Positions 28,480-37,239 of a stretch of DNA of 64,000 bases are shown here, in pieces. The DNA comes from Candidatus Lustribacter sp. Lineage in GTDB: Bacteria > Vulcanimicrobiota > Vulcanimicrobiia > Vulcanimicrobiales > Vulcanimicrobiaceae. The notes beneath the pieces were generated by a model that was given only the letters and a program-made list of their open reading frames with translations, was not told where the DNA came from and did not search any database. The stretch's first letter is position 1, and every line of letters begins with the position of its first letter. Location of the stretch: NCBI GenBank assembly GCA_965277805.1, contig OZ255842.1, forward strand, positions 1,664,001-1,728,000, read 5' to 3'. A program made the position numbers and the translations under genes.

Positions 28480-30438
28480 TCACCGGCCCTGCGCGACCAC
28501 GTCGACAAGGGCGGGTTCGCCGCGCTTCACCTGGGCGACCGCACGCGCTAAGGCGGGGCCGAGGTCGTTCGGATTCGTAATCGGCCCCTCGCTGTAGACG
28601 CCCATCGCATTTGCGAGCTTCGCGAAATTGATGTTCGGGTCGGTGAGCGTGGTCCCGATCAGCGTACGGCCCACGCCGCGCTGGCGCCGGTTCGCCACCT
28701 GCTGCAGCGCCATGATCTCCTGGTGATACGCGCGATTGTTGTGCATCACGTAAAGCAATGGGATTTTGTGGTGCGCCGCGGTCCACAGAACGCCGTTGGC
28801 GACCATGAGATCGCCGTCGGGCTGGATGCACACGCTCAAACGGCCGTACTTGCGATTGGCGAGGGCCGCACCGAGACTCGCGGGCGCGCAGTACCCAACG
28901 CCGAACGCACCGGCATCGCCGATGTACTGGTAGTGTTTGTCGGCGTTCCAGAGTTGCTGCGGCCAGCGATACTGAAAATCGACGCCCGACACGAGCGACC
29001 AATCGTCGTTGCGCACCGCGGCGTAGACTTCAGCACACAGCCGCGCGACGGTGATCGGGGAATCATCCCAGCCCACCGCGGCCGCCTGCCGCGAGGCGGC
29101 GAGCGCGGCAAGATGCGCATCCGCGAACGCTTTCGCACGCGCATCGAAAACGCGCCGCCGATCCGGCGTGATGAGGCTGCGACAAGCTTCGATCAGCGCC
29201 GGCAACGTGGCCTCGGCATCGCCGGCGATCGGCAGATCGACGTCGAGGTAGCGCTCGAAATCCTGGAAATTCGACTTCATGTAGAGCTGGTTGCTGCTGA
29301 TCGAGATCGTCTTTGCACCGGGCTGCAGCCGCGAGCGCGTTTCTTCCTCGCGCGGGCTGACGAAGCGCTGCGTCGTGCCCCAAAAGTCCGTCATCTCGAG
29401 ACCGACGACGAGATCGGCCGCGCCGACGATCGAGGTCTGCGAGGTGCTCTGGTTGAGCGGGTGACGCCACGGGACGTTCATCCGGCCGATGGCGTCGAGA
29501 ATCGGCGCGCCGAGCAGCTCGGCCAGCGCGACGAGGTTCGTCACTCCCGCCGGCGTGCGCGCACATCGATCGGCGATGAGCACGGGATGCTCCGCCGCCA
29601 CGAGCATTTTCGCCGCCGCGGCAACCGCGTTCGCATCGCCTTGCGGGGGCGCGTTCAGCACGAGCTTCGGAATGCGCGGGCGTTTGGAAGGCGGAAGCGG
29701 ATCTTCCTGAAGATCGCTGTCGAGCGTGAGCAGCACCGGCTCGTACGGCGGCGTCATCGCGAATTGATACGCGCGCACGGCCGACTCTGCGAAATGCTGC
29801 GGGCTCGCGGGGGCATCATCCCATTTGGTAAAGTCGCGCACCATCGCGGCAGCGTCTTGCGCCGTATGCTCCCACGGCACGGCCGAACGGCGCTTCGCCA
29901 CGTCGATCTGATTGGCGGTAATCATGAAAATCGCGGCGCGGTCGGCCCACGCGTTGTAGATCGCCATCGAACCATGTTGCAGCCCGACGGCGGTGTGCAT
30001 CATGCACGCCATCGGTTTGCCTTCGATCTTGAAGTAACCGTGCGACATCGCAACCGAGGCTTCTTCGTGCGTGCAGGTGATGAGCTCCATCGAGGGCGCG
30101 TTCACCATCGCGTAGTTGACGATCGACTCGTGCAGCCCGCGGAAGCTCGAGCCGGGCATCGCCGCCACGTACTCGATCCCGAGGTTCTTCATGACATCGA
30201 CCATGAAGTCGCTCACGCACGTCGACTGCGTCAAATCGTCATCCGTTGCCGGCGCGCTGCCGCGCTCACCGGTCGAGGGCGGAACAGCCGGCACGCTCGG
30301 CGGCCGCGCCGGCGGCGTCGCCGGAGGCGTCTGCGCTACGGCGGCCACAGGTGCCGCCACTGCTGCCGAACCGGCCAGCGCTACGCCTTTAAGGAAGCCG
30401 CCACGCCCGACCGATCCGTCGCCCGAACTCTTTGCCAC
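28480..30438 (-). CDS. Thiamine pyrophosphate-binding enzyme with Tat-like leader
   Basis: PGSSFRGLHES, HEE (catalytic Glu), PDGDLM..NN TPP motif; N-terminal RGGFLKG plus hydrophobic stretch and AVA-Q. Confidence 0.9.
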   Translation of the reverse strand: MAKSSGDGSVGRGGFLKGVALAGSAAVAAPVAAVAQTPPATPPARPPSVPAVPPSTGERGSAPATDDDLTQSTCVSDFMVDVMKNLGIEYVAAMPGSSFRGLHESIVNYAMVNAPSMELITCTHEEASVAMSHGYFKIEGKPMACMMHTAVGLQHGSMAIYNAWADRAAIFMITANQIDVAKRRSAVPWEHTAQDAAAMVRDFTKWDDAPASPQHFAESAVRAYQFAMTPPYEPVLLTLDSDLQEDPLPPSKRPRIPKLVLNAPPQGDANAVAAAAKMLVAAEHPVLIADRCARTPAGVTNLVALAELLGAPILDAIGRMNVPWRHPLNQSTSQTSIVGAADLVVGLEMTDFWGTTQRFVSPREEETRSRLQPGAKTISISSNQLYMKSNFQDFERYLDVDLPIAGDAEATLPALIEACRSLITPDRRRVFDARAKAFADAHLAALAASRQAAAVGWDDSPITVARLCAEVYAAVRNDDWSLVSGVDFQYRWPQQLWNADKHYQYIGDAGAFGVGYCAPASLGAALANRKYGRLSVCIQPDGDLMVANGVLWTAAHHKIPLLYVMHNNRAYHQEIMALQQVANRRQRGVGRTLIGTTLTDPNINFAKLANAMGVYSEGPITNPNDLGPALARAVAQVKRGEPALVDVVAQGR

Positions 30439-30535
30439 GCCGATTTCTCCCGTGCTAAAGCGGATTTGGTGAAAACCAGTTCCGCCCAACGAGGCAACCC
30501 CCTGGCCTCTCCAAGTTCGCCTCAGCGGCATTCGA

Positions 30536-30564
30536 TTGACAAGGGGACGCCCGCGACCTACGAT
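30536..30564 (+). promoter_or_regulatory. Sigma70-type promoter of tRNA-Ile
   Basis: TTGACA-17 nt-TACGAT ending 40 nt upstream of the tRNA. Confidence 0.75.
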
Positions 30565-30604
30565 AACGTGCGTTCCTCGACGGGCTCGGCCCGGCAAAGC
30601 GCGT

Positions 30605-30681
30605 GGGCCATTAGCTCAGTTGGTTAGAGCGCATGCTTGATAAGCATGAGGTCCCTGGTTCGAACCCAGGATGGCCCACCA
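30605..30681 (+). tRNA. tRNA-Ile (GAU)
   Basis: Cloverleaf, anticodon stem CATGC/GCATG with loop TTGATAA, GGTTCGAAC, encoded CCA. Confidence 0.96.
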
Positions 30682-30685
30682 AGTC

Positions 30686-30711
30686 AAAAACCTTACCAAA
30701 AGGTTTTTTTT
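30686..30711 (+). terminator. Intrinsic terminator after tRNA-Ile
   Basis: AAAAACCTT/AAGGTTTTT hairpin running into a T tract. Confidence 0.6.
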
Positions 30712-30878
30712 GTCCGGCGCGGGACCCGCGCTCTTCGCTGCCGCATGACGGCGCAGCCGCCGGGTGTCGAAGCGGCCGCGCCGGTCGGCATCCCTAGCCA
30801 CCGACCAAAGGAGCGTGCCCGCATCGCGGGCTCATCCCACTCCCCCAAATGCGGGGGAAATGCCGACTTTCCAGATTT

Positions 30879-30896
30879 CGTAGACGAACGTTTACG
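30879..30896. repeat. Imperfect palindrome with 2-bp centre (serine recombinase site-like)
   Basis: CGTAGACG-AA-CGTTTACG, one mismatch, just upstream of the recombinase remnant. Confidence 0.5.
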
Positions 30897-30910
30897 GGAA
30901 TGTTAAAGCG

Positions 30911-31086
30911 ATGACGACGAAAAGGCTCCCGAAACCGCAGCTCAGCGTGTGATCGCGTACTACCGGGTCAGCACGAAAAAGCAGGGCGTCTGGGGTTTGG
31001 GTCTCGGAGCGCAAGAAGCTGCTGTCGCGGCCTACGTCATCAGGCGCGAACCTGTACCACGTCGGACAGGGCTCGACAGTCGCTAG
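30911..31086 (+). pseudogene. Serine recombinase (resolvase family) N-terminal remnant
   Basis: From 30946 reads RVIAYYRVSTKKQGVWGLGLGAQEAAVAAY; ATG at 30911 is out of frame; stop at 31084. Confidence 0.82.
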
Positions 31087-31090
31087 GAGT

Positions 31091-31366
31091 TTACCGCCGC
31101 ATTGGCTTAGCGCCTTGAACTTTCTTTGGTGAGCTCTTCGCGCTTTTTATGTCCGTCTCGTTCAAGAGCAAGAAACCGATCTTGACGGTGACTTGAAACT
31201 CCGTAACCTCACCGTCTTGGATTTGGCCGCGGATGTCCGAGACCTCAAACCATCCGAGGCCCTTGAGGCTTTCGCTGGCCCGGGCGATAGCGTTCTTGAT
31301 TGCCTGAGCGACTGATTCTTCGGAAGTCCCAACGACATCGACCAGCTTATACGTCTTGTTGGTCAT
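31091..31366 (-). CDS. Dodecin family flavin-binding protein with basic tail
   Basis: YKLVDVVGTS..AIKNAI.RA..WFEV..RG..FQVTVKIGF; AGGAG RBS. Confidence 0.92.
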   Translation of the reverse strand: MTNKTYKLVDVVGTSEESVAQAIKNAIARASESLKGLGWFEVSDIRGQIQDGEVTEFQVTVKIGFLLLNETDIKSAKSSPKKVQGAKPMRR

Positions 31367-31812
31367 TACTAGTTCTCCTGAAGCAGTAATCAGAGGAGTA
31401 GGTAATCGACGGCCGCTCCTCCGCCGCCTGTCCACTAATTTGCTACAACCGGCGCTCTTCAAAGGGGGCCGCGTACGGAACCCAAGTAGGGCAGACCTCA
31501 TGTTTAGCACTGTGACTAGCGGCTGTCCGTGCGCGGGCGACCGAAGCGAACGAATGCTAGTGAACAAATGCTTCGGTCGGCATCTGATCGTCGAGCGAGC
31601 CCCGCGATAGACTGGCGCATGAGCCGGCCCGGGCACTGGGTGCTAGCCAAAACCTCACTCATCGCGCACCTCGATCTGGGCGAACGCTCCGCCGAAAGTC
31701 TCCGAGTCGTTTCGAGCAAGACACAACGCCCCAGCCGTGCCCGATGCACTGGAAACACAGCCCGCGACGACTTGAGCTGGGCTTTTGGGCGCCTACCTCC
31801 AAGTAGGCGGCA

Positions 31813-32754
31813 ATGGCCGCTGATATCGAACTACATACCGCGCTCACCCGCAATGCGCGCACTCTGCCGCTCATCGAGCGCCGGGTCGAGCCACAGGGGT
31901 TCGACTGGAACATCACGGTGCTCACGCCACCCGAAATGTTCCTGCGGCAACTGAAGCACGCGGAGTTCGATGTCTCCGAGATGTCGCTCTCGTCGCTTAT
32001 GATCGCGACGTCACAGGCCCCGACACCATGGATCGCACTGCCGGTCTTCACCGCGCGCCGCTTCTTTCACACGCAGATCCTCGTGCGCAACGGTGCCGGC
32101 ATCGAAATGCCGGCCGATCTCCGTGGCAAGCGGGTCGGCGTTGCGGAGTATCAGCAAACCGCCGCACTCTGGAGCCGTGGCATCCTCTCGGAGGAGTTCG
32201 GGGTGCAGCCGCGCGAGATCGAGTGGTTCATGGAACGCACACCCGAGCAGAGCCACGGCGGGGCGACGGCGTTCGCGCCGCCGGAAGGGGTCACCGTGCA
32301 CTCCGTTCCGCCGGACAAGAACGTCGGGCAGATGATTCTCGACGGCGAACTCGACGCGACCCTCGTGTACATCGCGCGCGGCGGCGCAATCGATCGCAGC
32401 ACGATCGACCTCAAGCGCCATCCCGCTATGCGGCCGCTCTTTCCCGATCCGCGCGCCGAAGCGCAGCGCTACTTTGACAAGACCGGCATGTATCCGATTA
32501 ATCATACCGTGATCATGCGTCGCTCCTTGGCTGACGCTAACCCCGCGTTGCTGCAACAGCTCTTCGACACGTTCGTCGCCGGGCAACGATGCGTAGAGTC
32601 GGACCCCGATGCCGTCATCGCCCCCTTGACGTACGGCATCGCTGCTGCGCGGCCGGTGCTCGAAACGATCGCTCGCTATACGCACGAGCAGGGTCTGGCG
32701 CGACGCCGCGTCGATTTGGCCGAGATTTTTGACGCGCGTCTGCTCGGCACGTAG
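31813..32754 (+). CDS. 4,5-dihydroxyphthalate decarboxylase-like protein (periplasmic binding protein fold)
   Basis: PEMF.RQL..EFDVSEMSLSS, ALPVF.RRF, EYQQTAALW.RG, YPINH. Confidence 0.85.
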   Translation: MAADIELHTALTRNARTLPLIERRVEPQGFDWNITVLTPPEMFLRQLKHAEFDVSEMSLSSLMIATSQAPTPWIALPVFTARRFFHTQILVRNGAGIEMPADLRGKRVGVAEYQQTAALWSRGILSEEFGVQPREIEWFMERTPEQSHGGATAFAPPEGVTVHSVPPDKNVGQMILDGELDATLVYIARGGAIDRSTIDLKRHPAMRPLFPDPRAEAQRYFDKTGMYPINHTVIMRRSLADANPALLQQLFDTFVAGQRCVESDPDAVIAPLTYGIAAARPVLETIARYTHEQGLARRRVDLAEIFDARLLGT

Positions 32755-32791
32755 TCGAGGAGCGCCCCCGCGGTGAGCGAAAGGCGGTCGC

Positions 32792-33898
32792 ATGGCGACA
32801 CTCACTGCAAAAGCACCCTACCGTGCCGATCAGGTCGGGAGCCTCATGCGCCCGGACGCGCTCGTCGAAGCGCGCAACGAATTCGAGGCCGGCAAACGCT
32901 CCGCAGCCGATCTTCGCCGCGCCGAGGATGATGCGGTTCGCGCCGTCGTAGCAAAACAAGAAGCGCTTGGGTTTAAAGCCGTTACCGACGGCGAGTTCCG
33001 GCGCACCAGTTGGAATCGCGACTTCTTGTTGCGCTTTGAAAACATCGTGCTTGGACCCGGGCGCATCAAGCTCGGCACGGAGCAAAAGACGCCGACGTCG
33101 ACCGCAGTGACCGGCAAGATTTCCCGACCGCAGCCGATCTTCGTCGAGCATTTCGCGTTTTTACGTTCGGTCGCAACCGCAACGCCCAAACTCACGATGC
33201 CCTCGCCGACGATCGTGCATTTCCGCGGCGGCCGCGAGTCGATCGACCGCACTGCGTATCCGGGACTGGACGCCTTCTTCGACGATCTGGCGGCGGCTTA
33301 TCGCGAGGAAATCGCCGATCTCGCTGCTGCCGGCTGCCGCTACTTGCAGATCGACGACGTGAACTTCGCATATCTCTGCGATACCGATGTCGTCGCGCAA
33401 CTGCGCGCGACGGGCGACGATCCGCAAACGCTGCCGCACACCTACGCGAAGCTCATCAACGCGGCGCTCGCCGGCCGTCCGGACGACATGATGGTCGGCA
33501 TGCACGTCTGCCGCGGCAACGGTCCGACGGGCTGGGCCACGGGCGGTTACGAACCCGTCGCCGAGACGATCTTCAACGAGATCGATGTTGACACGTATTT
33601 TCTCGAATACGACGGTCCGCGTGCCGGCGGCTTCGAACCGCTGCGCTTCTTGCCGAAGGGCAAGAACGTCGTGCTCGGCCTCGTCTCGACCAAGACGGCC
33701 GCGCTCGAGTCGAAAGACGACCTCAAGCGCCGCATCGATGAAGCGGCCAAATTCGCGCCGCTCGAACAACTCGCAATCAGCCCGCAGTGCGGCTTCGCCA
33801 GTGCGTCGGGCAAGTCGGGCAATCGCCGCATGACCGAAGACGAACAATTTGCCAAGCTGCAACGGGTCGTCGACGTCGCGAGGGAGGTATGGGGCTAA
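32792..33898 (+). CDS. Cobalamin-independent methionine synthase II family protein
   Basis: RADQVGSLMRP, TDGEFRR, HVCRGN, LEYD, SPQCGFAS. Confidence 0.92.
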   Translation: MATLTAKAPYRADQVGSLMRPDALVEARNEFEAGKRSAADLRRAEDDAVRAVVAKQEALGFKAVTDGEFRRTSWNRDFLLRFENIVLGPGRIKLGTEQKTPTSTAVTGKISRPQPIFVEHFAFLRSVATATPKLTMPSPTIVHFRGGRESIDRTAYPGLDAFFDDLAAAYREEIADLAAAGCRYLQIDDVNFAYLCDTDVVAQLRATGDDPQTLPHTYAKLINAALAGRPDDMMVGMHVCRGNGPTGWATGGYEPVAETIFNEIDVDTYFLEYDGPRAGGFEPLRFLPKGKNVVLGLVSTKTAALESKDDLKRRIDEAAKFAPLEQLAISPQCGFASASGKSGNRRMTEDEQFAKLQRVVDVAREVWG

Positions 33899-34833
33899 CC
33901 CGTTATGCCGCTATCGCCTCGGCGGCCGCGGCGGCTGTAGCGACTGCGTACCGCCCCGCTAGCGCGCAGCGTGCGCCGATTCGCCTCGGCGCGGGAACCG
34001 GCGATGCGCACATGGAGCCGTTCTACGCCGAGACGCTCGGCGCGTTCAAGCGCGCGGGTCTCGACGTCACGATCACGACGTTTGCGAATCCGGCCGCGAT
34101 TGCCGAAGCGATGGCGGGCAGCGCGATCGACGTGGGCTTGAGCGATCCGCTCCAACTGGCCCAGGCCTCGTTGCGCGGCATTCCGTTCGCGTATTTTGCC
34201 GGCGGCACGCTCTTCTCGGTTACGACGCCGACACTCGTGCTGTGTTCGAGCAGCCAAGGCTCGATTCGCGCCGCCAAAGACCTCGAGCGCAAAACGATCG
34301 CGGTGCCTACCGTCCACACGTTCGTCGACATCTCCATCAGCGAATGGCTCAAGCAGGGCGGCGCGGATCCGTCCGGCGTGAAGTTTTTCGAAATGCACTA
34401 CGGTGAGGTACCGGCCGGGCTCGCCCGCGGCACGATCGATGCCGGACTCGTGGGCGAGCCGTTCCTCTCTGACGCAAAAACCAGCTTGCGGCAACTCGGG
34501 GTTCCATTCGCGGCGGTGGCCAAATCGTTTTACGTGGTGGCCTGGTTCGCGCGTCGCGATTGGCTGGCGGCAAATGCCGATCAAGCGCGTCGCCTCGCCG
34601 GCGTGTTTTACGACACGGCGCGCTGGGCGAACACGCATCAGAGCGATTCCGCCGCAATCGAGTCGACGCATCTCAAAATGGATCCGGCCCGGATCGCCAC
34701 GATGGCGCGGAATACGTTCGACACCAAGCTCGATCTCAGCCAAATCCAACCGGTCCTCGACGTCTCGACGCGTTACCAGCTGCTGCCGCGTCAAGTCGCC
34801 GCAACCGAAATCGTGATGCCGGGCTACGCTTAG
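33889..34833 (+). CDS. SsuA/THI5-like ABC substrate-binding protein
   Basis: GGAGG RBS, FKRAGLDV, AKDLERKTIAV, GTIDA, EPF. Confidence 0.87.
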   Translation: MGLTRYAAIASAAAAAVATAYRPASAQRAPIRLGAGTGDAHMEPFYAETLGAFKRAGLDVTITTFANPAAIAEAMAGSAIDVGLSDPLQLAQASLRGIPFAYFAGGTLFSVTTPTLVLCSSSQGSIRAAKDLERKTIAVPTVHTFVDISISEWLKQGGADPSGVKFFEMHYGEVPAGLARGTIDAGLVGEPFLSDAKTSLRQLGVPFAAVAKSFYVVAWFARRDWLAANADQARRLAGVFYDTARWANTHQSDSAAIESTHLKMDPARIATMARNTFDTKLDLSQIQPVLDVSTRYQLLPRQVAATEIVMPGYA

Positions 34834-34844
34834 GGCGGAAAGCG

Positions 34845-35162
34845 CTACTGGCTAGCGGAGATGTGCAGGCCGATGCCCGATTGCGCGAGCGTGTCCGGCG
34901 CCGCGTTGGTCGGCGGCGCGTTACTTCCCGGCGCTTGCACGGACGTTCCGAGCGGGTTGGGCGCGTTCACCGCGTCGAGTTCGTGATCGGTGGTCGAGGC
35001 GCTAAACGTATGATCCGTGCTGCCGGCCACGGTCTGACTGAGCGGCAACGTGCTGGCCGTGCTATTGGTCGGCGATGCCTGATATGGCGCCGTCGACGAA
35101 CTGACGTATCTGTTCTCGACGAATGGGGATGTTGACGCCGGTGAAACAGCTCCGGTGCTCAT
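34845..35162 (-). CDS. Ser/Thr/Pro-rich small hypothetical protein
   Basis: ORF fills the gap between genes; ends QSGIGLHISASQ. Confidence 0.5.
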   Translation of the reverse strand: MSTGAVSPASTSPFVENRYVSSSTAPYQASPTNSTASTLPLSQTVAGSTDHTFSASTTDHELDAVNAPNPLGTSVQAPGSNAPPTNAAPDTLAQSGIGLHISASQ

Positions 35163-35245
35163 ATCGCCATTTTAGACGACCGGGCCCGTTTTCGCAACAC
35201 GGCGCGCGGAAAGGGGTTCGCCGAGCGCGTTAGGCAGTACGCAGG

Positions 35246-35650
35246 GTGAACCGCCGGTCCTTGCTCGTCGCGCTATCCGCTTCCGCGGCGCTGGGTCTGC
35301 CAGCGCCGAGCGAGGCGGCAACGACGAAGGTGACGTTCGAAATCTCGAACCAGACCAGCACGGGCTTTCAAACCTACATCAAGAGCCTCGGTCAGGAATA
35401 TAGCGTACCGACGCCGCCGCGCGTCACGACGAAAGCGAGCGTCGATGCCGCGGACTTGATCCTGCTCCTCTTCGAGACCGGAGCGCACGGCGATAAGAAG
35501 CGCGCGTACAGCGTGAGCGTCCCCGAGGACGCGGGGAAGTCCCTGACGGTAAAGCTCGTCGCAAAGATGGACGAAAAAGGCGTGTTACTCGCGAGCGCCG
35601 AGGGCGCGAGCGTCGATGAGATCAACGTCCTCATCTACATGAATTCGTGA
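35246..35650 (+). CDS. Tat-exported hypothetical protein
   Basis: NRRSLL plus hydrophobic core and SEA-A cleavage site. Confidence 0.65.
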   Translation: MNRRSLLVALSASAALGLPAPSEAATTKVTFEISNQTSTGFQTYIKSLGQEYSVPTPPRVTTKASVDAADLILLLFETGAHGDKKRAYSVSVPEDAGKSLTVKLVAKMDEKGVLLASAEGASVDEINVLIYMNS

Positions 35651-35704
35651 GGACAGGAGACCGCTTCGCTAGCTGACCGCAACTTTCGCGAGTACCTCAT
35701 TGCG

Positions 35705-36871
35705 GTGCTCTGCGGCAATGTCGGCGTCCAGATCGCGTTTCTCGCGATCAGCTGGCACATCTTCATCCTCACGCATCAGCCCTTCGATCTGGGGCTGATC
35801 GGCTTTACGATGTTCCTCCCGGCGCTGATCTTCGCGATTCCGTCGGGCATGATCGCGGATCGCTTCGACCGCCGGCTCGTCGTCACGATCGGACGCGCGG
35901 TCGAAGTGGCGTGCGCCGCGGCCCTACTGCTGCTCGTGACGGCGGGCGTCACAGCGGTTCCGCTCTACCTGGCGATCGTTGCCGTGCTGGGCTGCGAACG
36001 CGCCCTCGGGCAACCGTCGGAGAAGTCGTACCTGCGGAACATCGTCGACGCCGAACGTTACCTCAACGCGCAGGCCACGTACGCGTCGGGCCGCGAGATC
36101 ACGACGATCGTGGGACCGGCCCTCGGCGGCATGCTGATCGCGATCTCAACCAGCGCTGCGTTCGCGGCCTCGATCGTGCTGGCCATCATCTCGGCGGTTG
36201 CGTTCGCGTTGCTGCGCGTGCGGCATCAACTGCGCGCGCCCGAACCGCAAACGTGGGCAACCGCGCTCGCGGGACTCGCGTTCATCCGCTCGCGGCCGGT
36301 GATTCTCGGCGCGATCACACTCGATCTCTTGGCGGTGCTGTTCGGCGGCGCGACCGCGCTGATGCCGGTCTATGCGGCGACGATCCTGCACATCGGCCCG
36401 GCCGGTCTCGGCTACCTGCGTAGCGCACCCGCCATCGGCGCTGCCGCCGTCGCCGCGATCATTTCGCGCCGGCCGCCTCGCGAGCGCGTCGGCAAGCTAT
36501 CGTTCCTCTCGGCGGCCGGTTTCGGTGCGGCGACGATCGTCTTCGGTCTTTCGACGAACCTCGTACTCTCGCTGGCCGCCCTCGTCGTGCTGGGCGCCTT
36601 CGACGTGGTCGGCGGCGTGTTGCGCAACGGCTTCGTCCAACTCAACACGCCCGATGCGATGCGCGGGCGCGTTACGGCGGTGCAATCCGTCTTCACGACC
36701 ACCTCGAACGAACTCGGCGCGTTCGAATCGGGTTCGGTCGCCGCGCTGATCGGCACGGTCCCGTCCGTCGTTGGTGGCGGCATCGCGACGCTGCTCGTGA
36801 CCGCACTCTGCGCGCGGGTCTTTCCGCAACTGTGGCACGCCGACCGGCTCGAAGCCGCGGACGACGTTTAG
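35705..36871 (+). CDS. MFS transporter (DHA3/EntS-like); true N-terminus probably upstream
   Basis: GMIADRFDRR, VGPALGG, TPDAMRGRV, SNELGAFESG. Confidence 0.9.
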   Translation: MLCGNVGVQIAFLAISWHIFILTHQPFDLGLIGFTMFLPALIFAIPSGMIADRFDRRLVVTIGRAVEVACAAALLLLVTAGVTAVPLYLAIVAVLGCERALGQPSEKSYLRNIVDAERYLNAQATYASGREITTIVGPALGGMLIAISTSAAFAASIVLAIISAVAFALLRVRHQLRAPEPQTWATALAGLAFIRSRPVILGAITLDLLAVLFGGATALMPVYAATILHIGPAGLGYLRSAPAIGAAAVAAIISRRPPRERVGKLSFLSAAGFGAATIVFGLSTNLVLSLAALVVLGAFDVVGGVLRNGFVQLNTPDAMRGRVTAVQSVFTTTSNELGAFESGSVAALIGTVPSVVGGGIATLLVTALCARVFPQLWHADRLEAADDV

Positions 36872-37161
36872 CGGCCGGCCTTGAGATTCTCGATGCGTGC
36901 GCGCAGATAGGCAAGCCAGCGTTCTTCTTCCATCGTGGTCACATCGAACGGCATTCCCAGCGCGGGAAAGAACATGACTTGGAAATCGGTCGTTGCGTGC
37001 TGGGCCGTTGGGATCGTAGCCGGATCGGGAAACAGCTCGAGTTCGCCATCGGGCAGACCGAGCCGATAGTCGCGCGAGACTGCTGGAAAACCAGCCGGTA
37101 CGAGCAGCTTGTTCGCTTCCGCGAGATCGTGAAGATGCTGTTTGCGCTTCTGCGCCGGCAT
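36868..37161 (-). CDS. Hypothetical protein
   Basis: Convergent ORF filling the gap; start uncertain. Confidence 0.5.
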   Translation of the reverse strand: MPAQKRKQHLHDLAEANKLLVPAGFPAVSRDYRLGLPDGELELFPDPATIPTAQHATTDFQVMFFPALGMPFDVTTMEEERWLAYLRARIENLKAGR

Positions 37162-37239
37162 TCGCTGCATCGGGGCCCTCCGTCCGCGCACGGGTTCGCT
37201 CGACAGGCGGGCCGCACATGCGCGTCGAGATACGTCCAG

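Noticed and set aside
28723-30627. Long antisense ORF (634 aa) and many similar shadow ORFs, e.g. 1341-2783, 54834-56099, 10224-11309
   Set aside because: These mirror well-supported genes on the opposite strand or frame, are expected at high GC, and have Arg/Ala-rich composition with no motifs.
34845-35162. C-terminal GIGLHISA resembling YjfB-like motility peptides
   Set aside because: The motif is too short to assign, and no flagellar genes are in the window.
35648-35700. Selenocysteine readthrough at the in-frame TGA
   Set aside because: There is no convincing SECIS hairpin or redox motif context, and a Tat protein-MFS fusion has no precedent I know of.
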